Below are positions 44,303-53,706 of a stretch of DNA of 64,000 nt, in pieces. Numbering within the stretch: the first letter of the stretch is position 1; every line of letters begins with the position of its first letter. Below the pieces are notes generated by a model. It was not told the origin of the DNA. It did not search any database and saw only the letters and a list, made by a program, of their open reading frames with translations. Source of the stretch: Thermoanaerobaculia bacterium (GTDB lineage Bacteria > Acidobacteriota > Thermoanaerobaculia > Gp7-AA8); assembly GCA_034665065.1 (NCBI GenBank), contig JAXDGL010000001.1:34691-98690 (forward strand), read 5' to 3'. The position numbers were made by a program, and so were the translations under genes.

Positions 44303-47300
44303 CTACGCCTCAACCTCCGCGAAATTCACCGACACCAGCCTTGAGCAGCCGGCTTCCTCCATCGTCACGCCGTAGAGCACGTCCGCCGCTTCCATCGTGC
44401 GGCGGCTGTGCGTGATGACGATGAACTGCGTGTCGCGCGACATATCACGCACGAGTCGCACGAAGCGCTCGTTGTTCACTTCGTCGAGCGGCGCGTCGAC
44501 CTCGTCGAGGATGCAGAACGGCGATGGTTTATAGCGGAAGATCGCGAACAGCAGCGCCAGCGCCGTCAGTGCCCGCTCTCCGCCTGAAAGCAGCGCGATC
44601 GATTGGTTCTTCTTTCCCGGCGGCTGCGCCACCAGCTCGATGCCGCTCTCGAGGACGTCTTCCTCATCGAGCAACTGCATCCGCGCCGTACCACCGCCGA
44701 AGAGCGAAATGAAGATCTCGGTGAAGTATTCGTTGACCGCGTGAAACGCGTCGCGAAACAGCTCGCGAGACGTGAGATTGATTTTGCGGATCGTGCCGCG
44801 CAGCGACTCGATGGCCTGCACGAGGTCGTCGCGCTGCGTACGAAGGAACGACTCGCGCCCTTCCAGCTCGTTGTGCTCCTCGATGGCCAGCACGTTCACC
44901 GGTCCGATCTTCTCGATCTGGTCGGTGAACTTCGCCACCTCCGCTTCCAGCGCGTTGCGCCCTTCCTCATCGGCCGGCGGCTCCACTTCCGCGAGCGCGT
45001 CGATTCCGGCGTGAAGATCGAGCGCGATCTGTTCGCGCAGGAGATCAAACGACGCTCCGGCGCGATCGCTACGCCGTTCGGCTTCGAACAAGGAGTCCTT
45101 CGCCGCGTTCCACTGCTCGCGCGACGCGACTGCCCTCGCCTCCAGCTCTTGCACCCGCACCTGCAGATCGGCCACTTCGGCCTCGACTCCGACGCGTACT
45201 TCGCTCAGCTCGTGCAACTTCTTCAGCGATTCGTCGAGCTGACCGCGCGAGCTCTCGACCGCCGCCTCCGTCTCCTGACGCTTCCGTGCGAGCGACTCGA
45301 TTTCGTGCAGCAGACTCGTGGCGCGCGACCCGAGGGAGATGACGATACGCGAGAGGTTCTCGTGCTCGCGCTGAATGCCATTGACGTTCCCCGCGGCCGT
45401 CTCGACATCGACACGCGCCTTCGACGCCGCCTCGGTCACCGCCTCGAACGTCGCGCGCAACGTCGCCAGCTCCTCTTCGTGTTGACGGATCTGCGCCTGG
45501 ACTTCCGCTTCCTGCTGTTCGAGCTGCCGCAGCTCTTCGATCGCCGCATTCTTCCGCGCGATGAGCTGTTCTTTTTCTTCGAGGTAGAGCGTCTGTTCTT
45601 CCGATGCAACGGCCAGATCGCGCTCGAAACGATCGAGCTCCTGTTTGGCGCGCTCGCGGTTGCCACGACGCTCTCTCAACTCCTGATCCGCAGCACGCGC
45701 ACGCTCCTCGGCGAGAATGCGCGCGTCGTCGGCGCTGCGCAGATCGTCTTCGATCGTCTGCAACTCCTCGGCGATGCCGCTGGCGCGCGTCTCTTCGGTG
45801 CCCAGCAATGTCTCGAGATCCGACACCTCCCGCTTGAGCGAGAAGACACCCGGCGTTGCATTCGCCGACTTGCCGCCGATGACGAGCGGTCCGCGCACGA
45901 TGTCGCCGTCGAGCGTGACGAACGTCGCGCTCGGACGTTCTTCCGCGCGGTCCAGCGCTTCACCAATCGATCCGACGATGTACGCCTCGGGCATGGCGCG
46001 CCGCACCGCGTCCGCGATCTCACCCTCACCGACGACTGCAAACTTGGCGTCGCCGCGGCGGCCGCCTTCGCCCGACGCAACGAAGTCGAGTGTGATGAAC
46101 GCGCCGCGTCCTGCGCCGCGTTCGCGCAGCCGCCCGATGGCGTCGATCACGGTGCGTGCGTCGTCGACGACCACTGCCTTCGAGACGTCGCGGAGCAGCG
46201 TATCGAGCGCCGCTTCGAAACCTTCCGCTGCGCGCACCGCTTCCGCTGCCGGCGTCGCATCCGGAATCAACTCGAGGATGGCGCGGCGGACATCGGCGTC
46301 CTGTGACTCCATCGTCACGAGCAGCGTGCGCAACGAGTCGAGTTTGTACGTCATCTGCGACACGCGGTCGCGCGTTCCGGCCAGCGTGTCGCGCAGACCG
46401 TTGCGGCGAATCGTCAGTTGATCGGTCTGTGAGATTGCGTCACGCGCAGTTTGCCGCGCGGCTTCGAGCGCCTGCTCCGCCTCGCTCACGCGCTGATCCC
46501 AATCGGCGCTCAGTGTGAGCGCGCCGTCGCGGCTCTCGGTCGCACGTCGCGCCGACTCGCTCAACTTGCCGAGGTAAAACTCGCACTTCTCGACGGCGAC
46601 TTCGATCTGATGCAGTTGATTGCGCGCCTCGGAGATGCGCCCGATCGTCCGCATCAGCACTTCCCGCGCGTCACCGAGCGCCTTCTCGTGGCGGCGCACT
46701 TCGTCGGAGCGCTCCTGACGATCCTTCTCCGCCTGCTCGGCGATTTCGCGAAGCTGGTTGCGCTCGCCGCGCGCCACTTCCAACGCCTGCGCACGTTCAT
46801 CGAGCAGCGCCTGCTGTTCGAGCGCTTCGCTTTCGAGCTGCGCGATCTGCGTTTGCGCGTTCTCGCTGCGCTGCACCAGATCGCCGAGGTTCGTTTCGGA
46901 TTGCTGGAGGAAGGAGCGAAGTCGCTCGACGTCGCCGGAGAGTGTGGCCATCTCCTCGCGGACATGCGATGCGTGGGACGAGCTCGAAGTCAGCGTGGTG
47001 CGATTCTCGGCGAGCTGCGCTTCGTCGCTGGCCAGTTGCGCGGAGAGCTCGGACTCGCTCAACTGCGCGGCGGCCATCCCGGCTTCTGCGGCTGCCTGCT
47101 CCGCTTCCGCGGCCACGATGCGACCTTTGTATAGCGAGCGCTTCGCAGTGGAGAGTTGCTCGCTCAGTTCTTTGTGACGGCGCGCTTTGCCCGCTTGTCT
47201 CTTGAGCGAATTCAGATTGCGCGTCACCTCGGAAAGCGTGTCGTCGATCCGCAGAAGATTCTGCTGCGTCTCTTCCAGTTTCAGCTCGGCGGCGCGTCGC

Positions 47301-47830
47301 TTGGTTTTGTACTTCGTGATGCCCGCCGCTTCCTCGATCAGCTTGCGGCGGTCCTGCGGCTTGTTGGAGAGGATCAGATCGATCTTCCCTTGCTCCATCA
47401 CCGAGTAGTTGCGGATCCCGAGTCCGGTGTCCATGAGGATGTCGGAGATGTCTTTGAGGCGAACACGCTTGCCGTTGAGACGGAACTCCGACTCACCGGT
47501 GCGGAAGACGCGGCGGTTGATCGTGATGCGTCCGTCGTCGGCGGCGGGATGGTCGACGTCACCGTTGACCGTTGCGAGCGTGAGCGTGACTTCGCCCATC
47601 GACAGCGGGCGGCGCCGCGCCGAGCCCTGGAAGATGACGTCGTCCATCGTCTCGCCACGAATGTGGGAGGCGCGGTTCTCGCCCAGGACCCAGATGATGG
47701 CGTCGCAGATGTTCGACTTGCCGCAACCGTTGGGACCGACGACAGCGGTCATCGGAGCGGGAAAAGAAAGATGCGCCGGGTCGTAGAACGATTTGAAGCC
47801 GTGAATTTCTAACTTGTCGAGACGGAACAT
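44303..47830 (-). CDS. smc: Chromosome segregation protein SMC
   Basis: GFKSF, VVGPNGCGKSNI Walker A, long coiled coils with hinge, LSGGERAL signature and ILDEVDAPLD Walker B. Confidence 0.96.
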   Translation of the reverse strand: MFRLDKLEIHGFKSFYDPAHLSFPAPMTAVVGPNGCGKSNICDAIIWVLGENRASHIRGETMDDVIFQGSARRRPLSMGEVTLTLATVNGDVDHPAADDGRITINRRVFRTGESEFRLNGKRVRLKDISDILMDTGLGIRNYSVMEQGKIDLILSNKPQDRRKLIEEAAGITKYKTKRRAAELKLEETQQNLLRIDDTLSEVTRNLNSLKRQAGKARRHKELSEQLSTAKRSLYKGRIVAAEAEQAAAEAGMAAAQLSESELSAQLASDEAQLAENRTTLTSSSSHASHVREEMATLSGDVERLRSFLQQSETNLGDLVQRSENAQTQIAQLESEALEQQALLDERAQALEVARGERNQLREIAEQAEKDRQERSDEVRRHEKALGDAREVLMRTIGRISEARNQLHQIEVAVEKCEFYLGKLSESARRATESRDGALTLSADWDQRVSEAEQALEAARQTARDAISQTDQLTIRRNGLRDTLAGTRDRVSQMTYKLDSLRTLLVTMESQDADVRRAILELIPDATPAAEAVRAAEGFEAALDTLLRDVSKAVVVDDARTVIDAIGRLRERGAGRGAFITLDFVASGEGGRRGDAKFAVVGEGEIADAVRRAMPEAYIVGSIGEALDRAEERPSATFVTLDGDIVRGPLVIGGKSANATPGVFSLKREVSDLETLLGTEETRASGIAEELQTIEDDLRSADDARILAEERARAADQELRERRGNRERAKQELDRFERDLAVASEEQTLYLEEKEQLIARKNAAIEELRQLEQQEAEVQAQIRQHEEELATLRATFEAVTEAASKARVDVETAAGNVNGIQREHENLSRIVISLGSRATSLLHEIESLARKRQETEAAVESSRGQLDESLKKLHELSEVRVGVEAEVADLQVRVQELEARAVASREQWNAAKDSLFEAERRSDRAGASFDLLREQIALDLHAGIDALAEVEPPADEEGRNALEAEVAKFTDQIEKIGPVNVLAIEEHNELEGRESFLRTQRDDLVQAIESLRGTIRKINLTSRELFRDAFHAVNEYFTEIFISLFGGGTARMQLLDEEDVLESGIELVAQPPGKKNQSIALLSGGERALTALALLFAIFRYKPSPFCILDEVDAPLDEVNNERFVRLVRDMSRDTQFIVITHSRRTMEAADVLYGVTMEEAGCSRLVSVNFAEVEA

Positions 47831-48008
47831 TGAATGAAAAGCACCTGACCGATCGATTTGAACGCGGCGGATGGTAGCAGCAATCCAGCGGCGCTGATGG
47901 GAGTGAATTGCCTGCCTGTAACTCTATCAAAACATAGGCAAATTCGTGGTTGACAGCATCGTGGCGCAATCGTTCCTGTGCAGGTCCTGCCCGTACAATG
48001 CGCACGCG

Positions 48009-49097
48009 ATGACGCTCGACGATTTTCTGAGGCGAGAGATCGAAGTGGGAAGTTTCCCCGGCGCCGTCTACGCGATCGGCTCCTCCCGCGGTATCGAGCG
48101 CGAGAACGCGTTGGGAAACGCGGTGGCAGTGCCGCTGCGGATTCCGGCCACTCTCGACACGCTCTACGACTGCGCGTCGATCACGAAGCCGCTCGTCACC
48201 GCAACGCTCGCGCTGCAACTGCTCGATCTCAATCCATACGTTCGCAGCCTGCTCACGCATACATCGGGCATGCGCGCCTGGCTGCCGCTCTACCTCTACG
48301 ACAACTATCTCGACGCCATCCGCGAACACGGCCCGGAGTACGAGCCCGGCACGCGCGTCATCTACTCCGATCTGAATTTCGTTCTCCTATGGTCGATGCT
48401 CCCGGATTTCGTCTCTCTTGCACGCGAACGAATCTTCGCGCCGCTCGGAGTCGAGCACGACGCGATGTTCCATCCGCTGTCATCGGAGCGTCCCCGGATC
48501 GCCGCGACGGAGTGGGGACAGCGGTACGAGGCGAAGATGGCTGCGACCAGTGGTCAGCGGACAAGTGATCAGTGGTCAGTGATCAGTGATCAGGGGCAGA
48601 GTGGCCAGCGGCCTGGTTCCAGCGGCCATCGGCCAGCAGTCAGCGGTCAGGAGCAGCCCGTTGTTCGCGCGTCGGCCTTCGCGCAGCGCGATGGTTTGAT
48701 CTGGGGCGAGACGCACGATGGCAACTCGCACTTTGCCGGAGGGACGGCCGGCAACGCCGGCCTCTTCGCCACTGCACGTTCGGTGTTCCGCCTCGCGCAA
48801 TCGTGGGTTAGCGCGGAGCTGCTGTCGCGCGCGCTCATCGATGAAGCGACCTCGAATCTAACTCCCGGCCTCCCCGACGCCCGCGGCCTCGGATGGCAGA
48901 AACCGACCGGAAGCCTGGCGACGTCAATGCTTTCGGACCGAGCCTACGGCCACACTGGATTCACCGGAACGTCCGTCTGGATCGAGCCGGAGCGCGAACG
49001 CATCATGGTGCTGCTGACGAATCGCGTACATCCCTGCGCCGCGCCGATCGCGATGCAGCGGATACGGGGGGAGTTTCATCGGTGGGCGCTACAGTAG
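48009..49097 (+). CDS. Serine hydrolase (beta-lactamase-related family)
   Basis: ASITK (SxxK), LLTHTSG, YSDLNF and GHTGFTG motifs. Confidence 0.9.
   Translation: MTLDDFLRREIEVGSFPGAVYAIGSSRGIERENALGNAVAVPLRIPATLDTLYDCASITKPLVTATLALQLLDLNPYVRSLLTHTSGMRAWLPLYLYDNYLDAIREHGPEYEPGTRVIYSDLNFVLLWSMLPDFVSLARERIFAPLGVEHDAMFHPLSSERPRIAATEWGQRYEAKMAATSGQRTSDQWSVISDQGQSGQRPGSSGHRPAVSGQEQPVVRASAFAQRDGLIWGETHDGNSHFAGGTAGNAGLFATARSVFRLAQSWVSAELLSRALIDEATSNLTPGLPDARGLGWQKPTGSLATSMLSDRAYGHTGFTGTSVWIEPERERIMVLLTNRVHPCAAPIAMQRIRGEFHRWALQ
48548..48651 (+). repeat. In-frame (CAGTGRT/CAGCGGY) heptamer array inside the serine hydrolase CDS
   Basis: About 14-15 units of the same family as 31469-31590. Confidence 0.85.
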
Positions 49098-49310
49098 AGC
49101 GAGGAAGTCGTCGACCGTCATGCCGGAACTGCGAATGAGTGATCGCAGCGTTCCCGTCGCAAGCTCTCGGTGGAGCGGGATCGAGAGGTTTGCTCTCACT
49201 CCGTCTTTGACGAGGACCAGGTGACTGCCGACTTGGCCCGAGACACGCCAGCCAGCTTTTTGAAACGCTCTCGCTGCCTCGCGACCCGAGATGTTGCCGA
49301 GGGTACCCAC
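49089..49310 (-). CDS. hicA: HicA family toxin
   Basis: AFQKAGW...GSHLVL...LSIPLH.ELATGTLRSLIRSSG. Confidence 0.9.
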   Translation of the reverse strand: MGTLGNISGREAARAFQKAGWRVSGQVGSHLVLVKDGVRANLSIPLHRELATGTLRSLIRSSGMTVDDFLALL

Positions 49311-49312
49311 GA

Positions 49313-49516
49313 CTAAACAGCGACCACGATGCGGTCAGCGTCAGGCATTTTCGACGCGGCCTTCTGATCTTCTGCCCAGAGCCAGCCGACGATTGCTTCC
49401 TTGATGTTATCGAGCGCTTCCTTCTCATCGCGGCCTTGCGATACGCAGCCCGGAAGTGCAGGACATTCGACGACGTACCAGCCGTCGGATTGTTCCATCG
49501 TGACGTGGAAGATCAT
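49313..49516 (-). CDS. hicB: Short HicB family antitoxin without a DNA-binding domain
   Basis: YVVECPALPGCVSQGRDEKEALDNIKEAI. Confidence 0.9.
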   Translation of the reverse strand: MIFHVTMEQSDGWYVVECPALPGCVSQGRDEKEALDNIKEAIVGWLWAEDQKAASKMPDADRIVVAV

Positions 49517-49568
49517 GGTGAAGTTATACAGCGACTGGGCGGCTTGCGCTATTCCGAGACAGAGAGCC

Positions 49569-49648
49569 AAAACCGTTGCACGCGGAGACGCGGGGGTCGC
49601 GGAGAAAGGCCGCTCCGCGTTCTCCGCGTCTCCGCGTGAAACGGTTTT
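49569..49648. repeat. Family A palindromic element
   Basis: aaaaccgttgcacgcggagacgcgg...ctccgcgtctccgcgtgaaacggtttt. Confidence 0.9.
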
Positions 49649-49693
49649 GACTTCGCTGGTACTATTTCACAAACTACTTTATAATACCAAGTC

Positions 49694-51313
49694 ATGCGAA
49701 TCCTTCGCGTGAAGTTCATCCTCCCCGCTCTCACCGAAGCGACCTCTCCCTTCTTCCGTCCGATCAAGTACTCGCTCTTTACGCCTCTCGGGTTGGCGAC
49801 GCTCGCTGCCTACCTCGGGCCGGACGACGACGCGCGCATCGTCGATGAGCATGTGGAGGTGCTCGGCACAGACGACCGACCGGATCTCGTCGTGATTCAG
49901 GTCTACATCACCAACGCCTATCGCGCCTATCGCATCGCTGACACCTATCGAGCCAAAGGCTGCTTCGTCGCGCTCGGCGGACTGCACGTGACGTCTCTTC
50001 CGACTGAGGCGGCGGCGCACGCGGACGCGATCTTCATCGGCCCGGGCGAACAGACGTTTCCGAAGTTCCTCGATGACTTTCGCGCCGGCCGCGTCGAGCG
50101 CGTTTATCGTTCGACAAGCGGCCGCACACTCGATCGCGTGCCTCCGATCCGCCGCGATCTCATCAAGCGCCGCAACTACCTCGTGCCGAACTCGATCGTC
50201 GTCACGCGCGGCTGTCCGCAACATTGCGACTTCTGCTACAAGGACGCGTTCTTCGAAGGCGGCCGCGGGTTCTACACGCAGCGCGTCGACGATGCGCTGG
50301 CCGAGATCGCGCGCCTTCCGGGCCGCCATCTTTACTTTCTCGACGATCATCTCCTCGGCGATGTCCGCTTCGCCCGCGCCCTCTTCGACGGGATGCGTGG
50401 CATGAATCGCCTCTTTCAGGGCGCAGCGACGGTCGACTCGATCCTTCGCGGCGATCTGATCGAACATGCCGCTGCCGCCGGTCTGCGCAGCATCTTCGTC
50501 GGCTTCGAAACGTTGACGCCCGGCAATCTCGCGCGCAGCAACAAGCGCCAGAACCTCGGCCGCGACTATCGCGCCGTCGTCAACCGCCTGCACGCCCTCG
50601 GCATCATGATCAACGGCAGCTTCGTCTTCGGCATGGACGATGACGGCGAGGATGTCTTTCGCCGCACCGTCGATTGGGCGATCGAGAATGGTCTCACCAC
50701 GGCCACGTTTCACATCCAGACGCCGTATCCCGGGACGAAGTTGTACGCGCAGATGCAGGCGGACAAACGGCTCACCACGAGCAACTGGGATCTGTACGAC
50801 ACGCGGCACGTTGTCTACAAGCCCGCGCGTCTGTCGCCCGCGGCGCTGGAGAAGGGCTATAACTGGGCATACCGCGAGTTCTACCGATGGTCGTCGATCG
50901 CGCGCGCGTCGTTGACGCATGGATCGGTGAAACATCAGACGAAGCACTTCTTCTATGCCGCCGGCTGGAAGAAGTTTGAGGCCTTGTGGAACTTCGTCAT
51001 TCGCATGAAACAACTGCGCAAGATGACGCCGATGCTGGAGGCGGTGCTGGCGAAGGTGACGGCGTCGGAGGCTGATGAAGTCAAAAGCATTTCACGCGGA
51101 GACGCGGAGGCCGCGGAGAGAGGCAACCCCGCGTTCTCCGCGTCTCCGCGTGAAACGGTTTTGACTCTTCGCTACGCACCCCACGCGCTCCCCGGCGCCC
51201 ATTCCGCGGCCTTTGCGCGCAATGCGGCCGCGCGCGCGGAGTCGCCGGCGGCTTCGGAGAGCGCGGCGAACATCACCAGCGTTTCGGCGAGGAGTGGGTC
51301 GGGATCGGTGTAG
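49694..51313 (+). CDS. B12-binding domain radical SAM protein with a repeat-derived C-terminal extension
   Basis: GGLHVT cobalamin-binding region, RGCPQHCDFC (CxxxCxxC) and TPYPGT motifs. Confidence 0.9.
   Translation: MRILRVKFILPALTEATSPFFRPIKYSLFTPLGLATLAAYLGPDDDARIVDEHVEVLGTDDRPDLVVIQVYITNAYRAYRIADTYRAKGCFVALGGLHVTSLPTEAAAHADAIFIGPGEQTFPKFLDDFRAGRVERVYRSTSGRTLDRVPPIRRDLIKRRNYLVPNSIVVTRGCPQHCDFCYKDAFFEGGRGFYTQRVDDALAEIARLPGRHLYFLDDHLLGDVRFARALFDGMRGMNRLFQGAATVDSILRGDLIEHAAAAGLRSIFVGFETLTPGNLARSNKRQNLGRDYRAVVNRLHALGIMINGSFVFGMDDDGEDVFRRTVDWAIENGLTTATFHIQTPYPGTKLYAQMQADKRLTTSNWDLYDTRHVVYKPARLSPAALEKGYNWAYREFYRWSSIARASLTHGSVKHQTKHFFYAAGWKKFEALWNFVIRMKQLRKMTPMLEAVLAKVTASEADEVKSISRGDAEAAERGNPAFSASPRETVLTLRYAPHALPGAHSAAFARNAAARAESPAASESAANITSVSARSGSGSV
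51080..51165. repeat. Family A palindromic element read through in frame by the radical SAM ORF
   Basis: gtcaaaagcatttcacgcggagacgcggag...ctccgcgtgaaacggttttgac. Confidence 0.9.
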
Positions 51314-51759
51314 TCGTCGCGGAATCTCGTCTCCAGGAGCTCGACGTTGTCGTTAAAGATTCTCAGCGCGTCGTCTTTCTCGCCGCGTTTGAGTTGGATG
51401 TAGGCGAGGCCCAACGCCTGGAACTCCTGGATCTGGGGATGGAGCGCGATCGTCTCTTCCATCAGCCGCTTCGCTTCGTCGAGATCGCGTCCGAGGTGTG
51501 CGAGGGAGAGGGCGACGCCTTCGCGGGCTGCGGGATCGTTCGATTGGCGATACGCCGCGATCGCGTCGTCGAAGCGGCCGAGGAGTTTGAGCGCTTCGGC
51601 GCGGTGCAGCGGATCGTTGGTCGCGGCGGCGACGGCATCTTCGTAGCGATGCTGCTGGATGAGTTGTTGCGCGCTCGTGACCGGTTTCTGCGCGAGCATC
51701 CAGGCGGCGAGCCAGCCGATGAGGATCACGGCGGCGATGATGACGATGATCTGCAACAT
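51172..51759 (-). CDS. Membrane-anchored TPR protein
   Basis: N-terminal TM helix; TPR-like helices (RAEALKLLGRFDDAIAAY, LGLAYIQLKRGEKDDAL). Confidence 0.75.
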   Translation of the reverse strand: MLQIIVIIAAVILIGWLAAWMLAQKPVTSAQQLIQQHRYEDAVAAATNDPLHRAEALKLLGRFDDAIAAYRQSNDPAAREGVALSLAHLGRDLDEAKRLMEETIALHPQIQEFQALGLAYIQLKRGEKDDALRIFNDNVELLETRFRDDYTDPDPLLAETLVMFAALSEAAGDSARAAALRAKAAEWAPGSAWGA

Positions 51760-51810
51760 GCGGGTTGAAGTCTATGCGTTCTTGAAGGCTCTTCAGCGTT
51801 TCTTGATCGG

Positions 51811-51930
51811 CCCCTCATCCGCATTCGGCACCCTTCTCCCTCGGCTGAGAAGCGCCGTGGGGAGAAGGCCCTCGATCGAAAGGTACTGCGATTGCTCGTC
51901 ACGCCCCACAAAGCGCCGCGGGGAGAAGGG
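51811..51930. repeat. REP family C element
   Basis: cccctcatccgcattcggcacccttctccc...ggggagaagg, with a second ggggagaagg half. Confidence 0.7.
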
Positions 51931-51952
51931 GCGCTCGAACAAAAGGTAGTCT

Positions 51953-52131
51953 CTGTCATTCCGAGCCGGCGGAACCGCGGGGTGGAGTGGGTGGGCGGGA
52001 GCGGTGGAGCGCGGTCGAGGAATCCCCCGCCGACATCGAAAGACTCGCTTCGTGGGCGGGGGATTTCTCATCGCGCTTCACCGCTCCGCCCACCCTTCCA
52101 CCCCCGCGGTTCCGCCGATTCGAAATGACAG
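51953..52131. repeat. REP family B-related long palindromic element
   Basis: ctgtcattccgag...ggaaccgcgggg / ccccgcggttcc...cgaaatgacag with an internal aatccccc / gggggatt IR. Confidence 0.8.
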
Positions 52132-52160
52132 GACGCGAAACGTGGTGCGCGGAACGACGC

Positions 52161-52778
52161 TCAGTGCTTCGCTGCAGATGATGTTGATCCGGCAAACGGC
52201 TTTGGCACACCGCCCTGCCCAACCGCGGGCTGCACCGGCGCGGCGGTTGGTTGCGACGCCGCTTGCTTCGCGGCGGCTTCCTGCGCCGCGGCTTGTTGTG
52301 CGGCGAGCACTTCGGGAGGCACGACTGCTCCCGGTTCGACAACGAACGTGCGCATTGTTTGCGGGTGACCGTCGAATGCGTACTTCAGGTCGGGCATCGG
52401 CTGCGGCTTGTTTTCGTCGCCTTGATTCGTCAGGTCGGTGACTTCGGTCAGCGGGATCGCAGCGGCGGCGGAGACATCGCGCGCGTTGCGGCGCGTAACG
52501 TACTCGTGCAGGCCGGCAAGGATGAGGATCACGACGCCGATGCCGAGGGCGATGACGACACCCTGGCGGTGGCGGGCGAACTCGACGACGTTTTCCGTCG
52601 CCGAAATCTTGCGCGGATGAAACACCTCGTTCAGCATCGCCTGCGTATCGACCGGCTTCTCGCCCGTGCGCGGGTCGGCGCCGCAATACGGACAAAGCCT
52701 GGCGACGGAATCGATCTCGTGCCGGCATGCGGCACAGACGATGCGGTCGGAGGAGCTGAAGGCCGGATCGGATGTCAT
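52161..52778 (-). CDS. Zinc-ribbon + TM protein
   Basis: CAAC...CPYC N-terminus, one TM helix, Ala/Pro/Gln-rich tail. Confidence 0.75.
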   Translation of the reverse strand: MTSDPAFSSSDRIVCAACRHEIDSVARLCPYCGADPRTGEKPVDTQAMLNEVFHPRKISATENVVEFARHRQGVVIALGIGVVILILAGLHEYVTRRNARDVSAAAAIPLTEVTDLTNQGDENKPQPMPDLKYAFDGHPQTMRTFVVEPGAVVPPEVLAAQQAAAQEAAAKQAASQPTAAPVQPAVGQGGVPKPFAGSTSSAAKH

Positions 52779-53647
52779 CGTGGTCGCACCGTTATATCGA
52801 CAGCGAACGTCGATGTCACGGGATGGCCGTTTTCCGTGGCGGGCCGGAAGCGCCAATCTTGCACCGCCGCGATCAGACGCGGCATTTCGCCGGGGATTGA
52901 CTGCGCAACGTTGATACTTCGAACGTGCCCTTGCGGCCCGACGGTGAGAATCAGCCGCGCGTTGGCCGGACGATCGATCTGCATCGACGGCACCGGCTGA
53001 TAGAGCGGAACCGGTTGCGTTCGATGCACCGCCGTTCGGACGACGGGAGTTTGCTGACTTGACGGCGAGGTCTCGCGGTGAGCCGATGTTGATTCGACGC
53101 CGCCTCCGACGGTTCGCGGATCGACGATTCCTTCGCTTGGCCGCGCTGCTTTTTCCGCGCGCGCACGCGTCGCTGCGGCCGAGTAGGACTCTGACGGAAG
53201 GGCGGTGGCGTCGGTGCGATCCCCAATCGACTCGGTGCCGCTTGCTCTTGGCGTTTGTGGCGGCGCGCTCGTCACTGGTGATTGTTCCTGCGTCGCTGCG
53301 TCAACGTCGACCGGCACCAGCACGACGGTGGAGCGAGGCTTGGAGCTGCCTATCGCGGGCTCGGCTGTGCTGGTGGACGCAGACGTCCCACTCGTTTCGT
53401 TCGCATCGGCGCGATGCACGAGCGAACCGATGAGGAACGCTGCGATGACCAGCACGAGGAAACCGGCGATGCCGAACAGCCGGTTGCGGATTCGATTGTC
53501 CGCAGGCGGTACATACGGCTTCGCCAGTGGAGCGGCCGGTATCTCCGCGGACTTGGGCAGGGACTGGTTCCAACTGCAAAAAACACAGGTCCGGGCATTT
53601 GCGTCGATCATCCGCTCGCAGCGGACACACGGTTTGTTCTCTGCCAT
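52775..53647 (-). CDS. Zinc-ribbon + TM + TonB C-terminal domain protein
   Basis: CVRC...CVFC, TM helix, Pro/Thr linker, then LTVGPQGHVRSINV...AAVQDWRFRPATENGHPV (TonB_C). Confidence 0.8.
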   Translation of the reverse strand: MAENKPCVRCERMIDANARTCVFCSWNQSLPKSAEIPAAPLAKPYVPPADNRIRNRLFGIAGFLVLVIAAFLIGSLVHRADANETSGTSASTSTAEPAIGSSKPRSTVVLVPVDVDAATQEQSPVTSAPPQTPRASGTESIGDRTDATALPSESYSAAATRARAEKAARPSEGIVDPRTVGGGVESTSAHRETSPSSQQTPVVRTAVHRTQPVPLYQPVPSMQIDRPANARLILTVGPQGHVRSINVAQSIPGEMPRLIAAVQDWRFRPATENGHPVTSTFAVDITVRPR

Positions 53648-53706
53648 AAGCACTCTTCTTTCATGAATCTGCTGCAACCGTCGTACCGCGTCGATACAAT
53701 GCGCAC

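Noticed and set aside
44603-46306. Long antisense/alternative-frame ORFs (also 2821-4302, 12543-13847, 36602-37861, 49679-51013 and others)
   Set aside because: They overlap well-supported genes, carry no motifs, and are expected shadows of GC-rich codon bias.
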